From sequence record OP870146.1: 64,000 nt of DNA. One strand, given 5' to 3'. A program made the position numbers and the translations under genes. Below are positions 58,391 through 64,000 of this stretch, piece by piece. The notes under the pieces were generated by a model, which saw only the letters and a program-made list of their open reading frames with translations, was not told where the DNA came from and did not search any database. The DNA comes from Escherichia phage vB_Eco_F27. How positions within the stretch are numbered: position 1 is the stretch's first letter; every line of letters starts with the position of its first letter.

Positions 58391-60195
58391 TGAAACAAAA
58401 TATTAAAATTGGTAACGTCGTTGATGACGGACAAGGCGATTACCTTCGTCGAGGTGGTGAAAAAATAAATGAGAACTTTGACGAAATCTATTATGAATTA
58501 GGTGATGGTGAAGTTCCTTATGCCGCTGGTGCATGGAAGACTTATGATGCGGCTGATGGTCTTAATCTTAAGGCTGCTTGGGGTAAATCTTATGCAATTA
58601 ATACTACTTCTGGGCGAGTTTCGGTAAATCTTCCTAAAGGGACAATTGCAGACTATAATAAAGTTATTCGTGCTCGTGACGTATTTGCAACTTGGAACAT
58701 TAACCCTGTTACTTTAATTCCGGCAAACGGAGACACGATTAAAGGTTCTTCATCTCCGGTAGAAATTAACGTTCAGTTCTCTGATTTAGAATTAGTTTAT
58801 TGTGCTCCTGGACGTTGGGAATACATCAAGAACAAACAAATTGACAAAATAGTTAGCTCTGACATTAGTAACGTTGCTCGTAGAGAATATCTGGTTGAAA
58901 CCCAAGGTCAGACCGATTTCATGGATGTTTTTAACGGGACCTCTTATAACGTTAACAACATTCGCGTAAAACATCGTGGCAACGAATTGTACTATGGTGA
59001 TGTATTCAGTGATAACAGTGATTTTGGTTCTCCAGGCGCTAATCCTGGTGAACTGGTTGCACTTGATGGATTTAATATTAGATTACGCCAACCATGTAAT
59101 GTTGGAGACACTGTACAAATTGAGACATTCCTAGATGGTGTTTCTCAGTGGCGTAGTTCATATACTCGTCGCCAAGTTCGCATTTTAGATAGTAAATTGA
59201 CTGCTAAAAAGTCTATTGACGGAAGTATTTACGTCACCGATTTGAGTACTTTCCGGTCTATTCCATTTACAGCATTTGGTATTAATCCTACGGAACCACC
59301 TAACCCAAATTCATTAGAAGTTCGCTTCAATGGTATTCTCCAAGAATTAGCTGGTACTGTTGGAACTCCTATTTTCCGTTGTGAAGGTGTGGATGCTGAT
59401 TCTGAAGAGTCATGCGCTAATCTCGGTGGGACATGGACCCAATCATATACAGATTATGCGATTGAATATACTGATAATATCCCTAGCGCAATTCTGTTTG
59501 ACCGTCAATTTGAAGACCAAGACATTATTACCATCACATGGTTTAATAACGATTTAGGAACTCTTCTTGAAATGGAAGAAATCCTTGATGTCGCTGATGA
59601 GAAATATGTTTCTCAAGGGTCTAACATTGAAATTACTGGTGACGTTGCATTAACCGATTTCGATAAAATTGGATGGCCTAATGTAGAACCTGTTCCTAAG
59701 TATGAACGTGAATTCTCGACTATCTCAGCAATATTTGACACAATTTATCCTGTCGGGACTATTTACGAAAATGCGGTTAACCCTAATAATCCGGCCACTT
59801 ATTTAGGTTTTGGTTCGTGGAAAATTTGGGGACAAGGCAAAGTATTAGCAGGTTGGAATGACGACGCGGCGGATCCTAATTTTGCATTAAATAATAATGA
59901 CCTTGACGTCAATGGTAACCCTACTCATACCGCAGGTGGTACTGTTGGTGTAACAACTATCACATTAGAAAATGCTGATTTACCAGCTACACAAACCGAT
60001 GAAAAGGTTCTTATTTCTGATGATAATGGTACGGTAATTATAGGCGGTTGCCAATATGACCCGGATGCAGAAGGTCCTATTTACACTAAATATCGTGAAG
60101 ACCATGCAAAGACTAATGGATCTCATGTTCCAGCGCGTTCTATAACTAATATTCAGCCATCTATAACTGTATACCGTTGGGTAAGGATTGCATAA
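58390..60195 (+). CDS. 10: baseplate wedge / short-fiber attachment protein gp10
   Basis: 601 aa. T4 gp10 is 602 aa. Confidence 0.9.
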   Translation: MKQNIKIGNVVDDGQGDYLRRGGEKINENFDEIYYELGDGEVPYAAGAWKTYDAADGLNLKAAWGKSYAINTTSGRVSVNLPKGTIADYNKVIRARDVFATWNINPVTLIPANGDTIKGSSSPVEINVQFSDLELVYCAPGRWEYIKNKQIDKIVSSDISNVARREYLVETQGQTDFMDVFNGTSYNVNNIRVKHRGNELYYGDVFSDNSDFGSPGANPGELVALDGFNIRLRQPCNVGDTVQIETFLDGVSQWRSSYTRRQVRILDSKLTAKKSIDGSIYVTDLSTFRSIPFTAFGINPTEPPNPNSLEVRFNGILQELAGTVGTPIFRCEGVDADSEESCANLGGTWTQSYTDYAIEYTDNIPSAILFDRQFEDQDIITITWFNNDLGTLLEMEEILDVADEKYVSQGSNIEITGDVALTDFDKIGWPNVEPVPKYEREFSTISAIFDTIYPVGTIYENAVNPNNPATYLGFGSWKIWGQGKVLAGWNDDAADPNFALNNNDLDVNGNPTHTAGGTVGVTTITLENADLPATQTDEKVLISDDNGTVIIGGCQYDPDAEGPIYTKYREDHAKTNGSHVPARSITNIQPSITVYRWVRIA

Positions 60196-60854
60196 TGACT
60201 GTACTTAATACAAAGGCTGGAGTTATTTCCCGTCATGCTGATTTTTTGAATTACAGAAAAAATCCAGCTCAAATTGATGTTTTAAACAACCAAGCTGTAG
60301 GTTCCGTGACTATTTCTCAGTTAGCTCGCGGTTTTTATGATGCTAACGTAGAATCTGCAATAAATGATGTCCATAATATGGCACGAGCTGATATTGGTAC
60401 TGTTGTCACAAACACTTCAGGCATATCGCCTGAAGGTACAGCACAAGTTGATTATTGGACTTTTTCTGGTGATGTTCTCGACGATACTTTGGCCCCTGGA
60501 ACGCCGGTCGTTATTAACGTATTTGGACTTGCTGTTAAAGCAACAATCGGTATGACTGATAACGAATTAACGGCACAAGTTCGTATAGCTTTACAAGAAG
60601 CCATTGCTAATCAAATCGCTATTTCTTCTTATAAAGACCATCCGTCTGAAGGTAATAAACTTCAGGTGACATATTTAGATAACCAACGTCATGTGTTGCC
60701 AACATATGCTTCGTTTGGTGTAACAATTTCGCAAGAAATTTTGTCTGAAGCAAAATCCGGATACGGAACATGGAATTTATTGGGTGCCCAAACGGTTACT
60801 CTTGATAACCATGATACTCCTACCGTTTTCTACCACTTTGTGAGAGCCTCATGA
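60195..60854 (+). CDS. 11: baseplate wedge protein gp11
   Basis: Trimmed to [18 protein letters not shown]... (ATG 60195, overlapping the gene 10 stop), 219 aa, same length as T4 gp11. Confidence 0.9.
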   Translation: MTVLNTKAGVISRHADFLNYRKNPAQIDVLNNQAVGSVTISQLARGFYDANVESAINDVHNMARADIGTVVTNTSGISPEGTAQVDYWTFSGDVLDDTLAPGTPVVINVFGLAVKATIGMTDNELTAQVRIALQEAIANQIAISSYKDHPSEGNKLQVTYLDNQRHVLPTYASFGVTISQEILSEAKSGYGTWNLLGAQTVTLDNHDTPTVFYHFVRAS

Positions 60855-62434
60855 GTAATAACAATACATACCAACACGTTTCAAACGAATCCATTTACGT
60901 TGAATTCGACCCTACGGGGTCGAATTTTCCAGATACAGTCACTAATGTCCAAGCCGCATTAGCTGCTATTTCTCCTTCAGGTGTTAATGGCGTACCAGAA
61001 GCAACAACTACCACACCTGGAATTATTCAAATAGCTACTCCACAAGAAGTTATTGATGGATTAGATAATAGTAAAGCTGTTACTCCGGCAACACTGAATG
61101 CTCGTCTACAATATCCTAATGCAACCGAAACTCAATATGGCTTAACTCGTTATGCTACTGAAGATGAAGCAGTAACAGGAACTATTGACGATGCATCAAT
61201 TACTCCGCTTAAATTGAATCAAAAAATAGACGATGTATTTCAGACAAAAGTGTCAACAGAAGCAACAAATGGTGTAATTAAAATTTCAACTTCTGCTGCG
61301 GCATTAGCTGGTTCTGATGATACAACGGCAATGACCCCGTTAAAAACACAACAATTAGCAATTAAACTTATTTCACAAATTGCTCCAAATAATAGTGACG
61401 CCACCGAATCTATTACCGGTGTTGTTCGTTTAGCTACAGTTGCACAAGCACAACAAGGCACCCTGCGTGAAGGCTATGCAATTTCACCTTATACCTTTAT
61501 GAATTCAGTAGCATCAGAAACTAATAAAGGTGTCGTTAAACTAGGGACCCAGACTGAAGTAAATAGTAACAACTCTTCAGTTGTAGTGACCGGCGCAACA
61601 TTAAACGGGCGTGGGGCTACAACTTCTTTACGTGGAGTTGTTCGTTTAACTACACAAGCGGGTAACCAATCAGGTGGTGATGGTTCTTCTGCCCTTGCTT
61701 GGAATGCTGATGTTATCCACCAACGAGGCGGACAAACTATTAATGGCACGCTTCGCGTTAATAATACGTTGACGGTTGGTTCTGGCGGTGCTAATATAAC
61801 GGGTAATGTCAATATGACTGGTGGTTATATTCAAGGCAATCGTATTGTGACTCAAAACGAATTAGACCGAATTCTTCCAGTTGGCGCTATTACAATGTGG
61901 GCTGCAGATAGTTTACCAAGTTCTGATTGGCGCTTCTGCCACGGTGGGACCGTTTCTGCTTCAGAATGTCCGGTATATGCTTCCAGAATTGGGACACGAT
62001 ATGGTGGTAGTTCTTCTAACCCAGGCTTGCCTGATATGCGTGGATTATTTGTTCGCGGCTCAGGTCGTGGTAACCATTTAACTAACCCTAATGTTAATGG
62101 TAATGACCAATTCGGTAAGCCTCGACTGGCAGTAGGTTGTACTGGTGGATATGTCGGTGAAGTGCAAAAACAACAGATGTCGTATCATAAGCATGCTGGT
62201 GGTTTTGGCGAACATGACGATTCCGGTGCATTTGGTAATACTCGTCGTTCAAACTTTGTTGGTACTCGTAAAGGACTTGACTGGGATAACCGTTCATATT
62301 TTACTAACGAAGGATATGAAATTGATCCAGCGTCTCAGCGTAACTCTAAATATACCATGAATCGTCCAGAATTAATTGGAAATGAAACTCGTCCATGGAA
62401 TATTTCTTTAAACTATATCATTAAGGTAAAATAA
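60851..62434 (+). CDS. 12: short tail fiber gp12
   Basis: 527 aa, same length as T4 gp12. Confidence 0.9.
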   Translation: MSNNNTYQHVSNESIYVEFDPTGSNFPDTVTNVQAALAAISPSGVNGVPEATTTTPGIIQIATPQEVIDGLDNSKAVTPATLNARLQYPNATETQYGLTRYATEDEAVTGTIDDASITPLKLNQKIDDVFQTKVSTEATNGVIKISTSAAALAGSDDTTAMTPLKTQQLAIKLISQIAPNNSDATESITGVVRLATVAQAQQGTLREGYAISPYTFMNSVASETNKGVVKLGTQTEVNSNNSSVVVTGATLNGRGATTSLRGVVRLTTQAGNQSGGDGSSALAWNADVIHQRGGQTINGTLRVNNTLTVGSGGANITGNVNMTGGYIQGNRIVTQNELDRILPVGAITMWAADSLPSSDWRFCHGGTVSASECPVYASRIGTRYGGSSSNPGLPDMRGLFVRGSGRGNHLTNPNVNGNDQFGKPRLAVGCTGGYVGEVQKQQMSYHKHAGGFGEHDDSGAFGNTRRSNFVGTRKGLDWDNRSYFTNEGYEIDPASQRNSKYTMNRPELIGNETRPWNISLNYIIKVK

Positions 62435-63882
62435 TGGCTGATATAACTCTGGTAGATTTACCATATGTTGACGGCCCGCCAGACGCGGGTCAGAGTCGTA
62501 TTGAATGGATTAAAAACGATGAAGAAATAACAGGTGCTGACACAAAATACGGTTCTGAAGGTGTAATGAACCGTCCTATTGTTGAAGTTCAACGTAACGT
62601 AGAAGCGTTAGATGTTAATATTAAAACTATAGCATCTTCTTTGAATACGGCCAATGAAGATATCAAAGTTATTCAAGGTATTTTAGATGTTTCTGGGGAT
62701 GTTGATGCTCTTGCACAGATAGGCCAGAACACCCAAGATATCGATGTCATTAAAGTCACAGTTCAAACCCATGCCAGTGAATTGAATGATTTGAATGAAC
62801 ATATTGATGCGAATACTGATGATATTGGTGTTTATAATCAGGAAACAGATTCAGTTTATAGAACGGTTCGTAACGACCTGCTTTGGATTAAAAATGAATT
62901 AGGACAATATACTGGTCAAGATATTAATGGGGTTCCTACTCCAGGAAATGATAGCACTGGTATGAAACGCCGTATTATGTCTAATAGCTCCGTAATTGTT
63001 GACCATGGTGTTCGATTAACTGATTTAGAAACTAAATTTGCTGATTCTGATGTTGGCTCTTTAACTACTGAAGTCGAACACTTGCGTGAAGAAATGGGAC
63101 CTCGCACTTCTTTCACTACTCCAGTGTTTAGTCGTCTTTCTAGTATTGATTTAACTTTGTCGCGTCAAAATGCTGACTTGGATGGCATTAAACAGTCTAT
63201 TGGGTATCCTAATATGACTTCTATTATTACTACCACTAATGCAAATAGTTCAGCAATAAATGACATTAATCTTGAGCTCAATCAATCCGGTGGTATTAAA
63301 CCTCGTTTGACTACAGTAGAAACTGCCATTGGCGCCGATGATTTGCCTACTACAATCCAAGGACGTATTAAACTAAATACTGATGCTATCGGAGCATTGA
63401 ACACTGTTGTCGGCTCTGATTCTTCTTCAGGATTGCGTTTTAATGTGTCATGGTTAAATAACGTAGTTGGTGTTGACGCTTCAGGTGGGAAACCGGAACC
63501 AGACGGCTCTTTGCTTTATCGTACTCGAGAGCTTGAAGGAACTATCAGTGGGATGAGTAATGACATCCAGAACATTCAAACTGATGTTGGGACTAATTCC
63601 ACAGGAATTAAGGGTTCTGTAAACACATTAAATACTCTTATAAACGGCACCCACCCAAATGGTTCGACTGTTGAAGAACGCGGTATATTGCCTACAGTTA
63701 AAAGTCATGATACGACAATTAATGGTTTAACTTCTAGAATTGCTACTCTTGAAACTGATTTGGCCGCTGCAGAAGCTGAAATCCAAACTCTTAAGGACGC
63801 TGGATATATTGAAGATGCTCCTTCAGACGGTAAATTCTATGTTCGCAAAGATGGTGCATGGGTTGAACTTCCTACAGCTTAA
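62434..63882 (+). CDS. wac: fibritin (whisker antigen control)
   Basis: 482 aa coiled-coil. C-terminal foldon-like ...GYIEDAPSDGKFYVRKDGAWVELPTA. Confidence 0.9.
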   Translation: MADITLVDLPYVDGPPDAGQSRIEWIKNDEEITGADTKYGSEGVMNRPIVEVQRNVEALDVNIKTIASSLNTANEDIKVIQGILDVSGDVDALAQIGQNTQDIDVIKVTVQTHASELNDLNEHIDANTDDIGVYNQETDSVYRTVRNDLLWIKNELGQYTGQDINGVPTPGNDSTGMKRRIMSNSSVIVDHGVRLTDLETKFADSDVGSLTTEVEHLREEMGPRTSFTTPVFSRLSSIDLTLSRQNADLDGIKQSIGYPNMTSIITTTNANSSAINDINLELNQSGGIKPRLTTVETAIGADDLPTTIQGRIKLNTDAIGALNTVVGSDSSSGLRFNVSWLNNVVGVDASGGKPEPDGSLLYRTRELEGTISGMSNDIQNIQTDVGTNSTGIKGSVNTLNTLINGTHPNGSTVEERGILPTVKSHDTTINGLTSRIATLETDLAAAEAEIQTLKDAGYIEDAPSDGKFYVRKDGAWVELPTA

Positions 63883-63888
63883 TGAAAA

Positions 63889-63903
63889 GGGCCTTCGGGC
63901 CCT
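63889..63903 (+). terminator. GGGCC-UUCG-GGCCC hairpin after wac (weak or partial terminator)
   Basis: GC hairpin with UUCG loop. Only a short U-stretch follows, 13 nt before the gene 13 ATG. Confidence 0.45.
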
Positions 63904-63905
63904 AA

Positions 63906-64000
<95 letters not shown>

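Noticed and set aside
52779-62360. Short ORFs embedded in tail genes 6, 7, 9, 10 and 12 on either strand.
   Set aside because: Same reasoning: they sit inside long conserved structural genes with no independent signals.

Overview
This window is a contiguous stretch of a T-even (T4-like) myovirus genome, most similar to RB69. The partial DNA polymerase, read off the minus strand from ATG 2275, begins MKEFYLTVEQIGDSIFERYIDSNGRERTREVEYKPSLFAHC... Gene order is colinear with T4. On the minus strand, early and middle genes run 43 < regA < 62 < 44 < 45 < rpbA < 46 < 47 < 55 < nrdH < nrdG < nrdD (intron-split) < 49 < nrdC < unknown block < rI < tk < vs/regB < GrcA-like < internal proteins < e (lysozyme) < nudE < e.x block < tRNAs < 57B < 57A < 1 < 3 < 2 < 4. 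On the plus strand, the late baseplate and tail genes run 53, 5, 5.1, 5.4 (PAAR), 6 to 12, wac, then the start of 13. The main departures from the T4 ground plan are these. (1) nrdD is split by a 1044-nt group I intron carrying a GIY-YIG homing endonuclease ORF, and the splice junctions can be placed exactly. (2) denV survives only as a remnant: promoter, SD and ATG fused out of frame to the DenV C-terminus. (3) A translationally coupled module of a Pol-beta-type nucleotidyltransferase and a multi-TM protein sits between the AAA-ATPase region and rI. (4) Three tandem paralogs share a C-terminal GxWVxSSxxC motif. (5) At least six genes carry capsid-targeting (MKTYxEF...) N-termini. (6) A GrcA-like glycyl-radical protein has a C-terminus as I recall E. 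coli GrcA. (7) Early promoters (GTTTAC-17/18-TATAGT type) recur with the -10 hexamer inside covarying inverted repeats. (8) The tRNA locus is reduced to two tRNAs plus tRNA-like debris. (9) A family of UUCG-tetraloop hairpins and two identical terminators are present. All coordinates are from the ORF track where available. Start codons refined by eye are approximate to +-1 to 3 nt. Functional names rest on my recollection of T4 and RB69 proteins, not on database searches.
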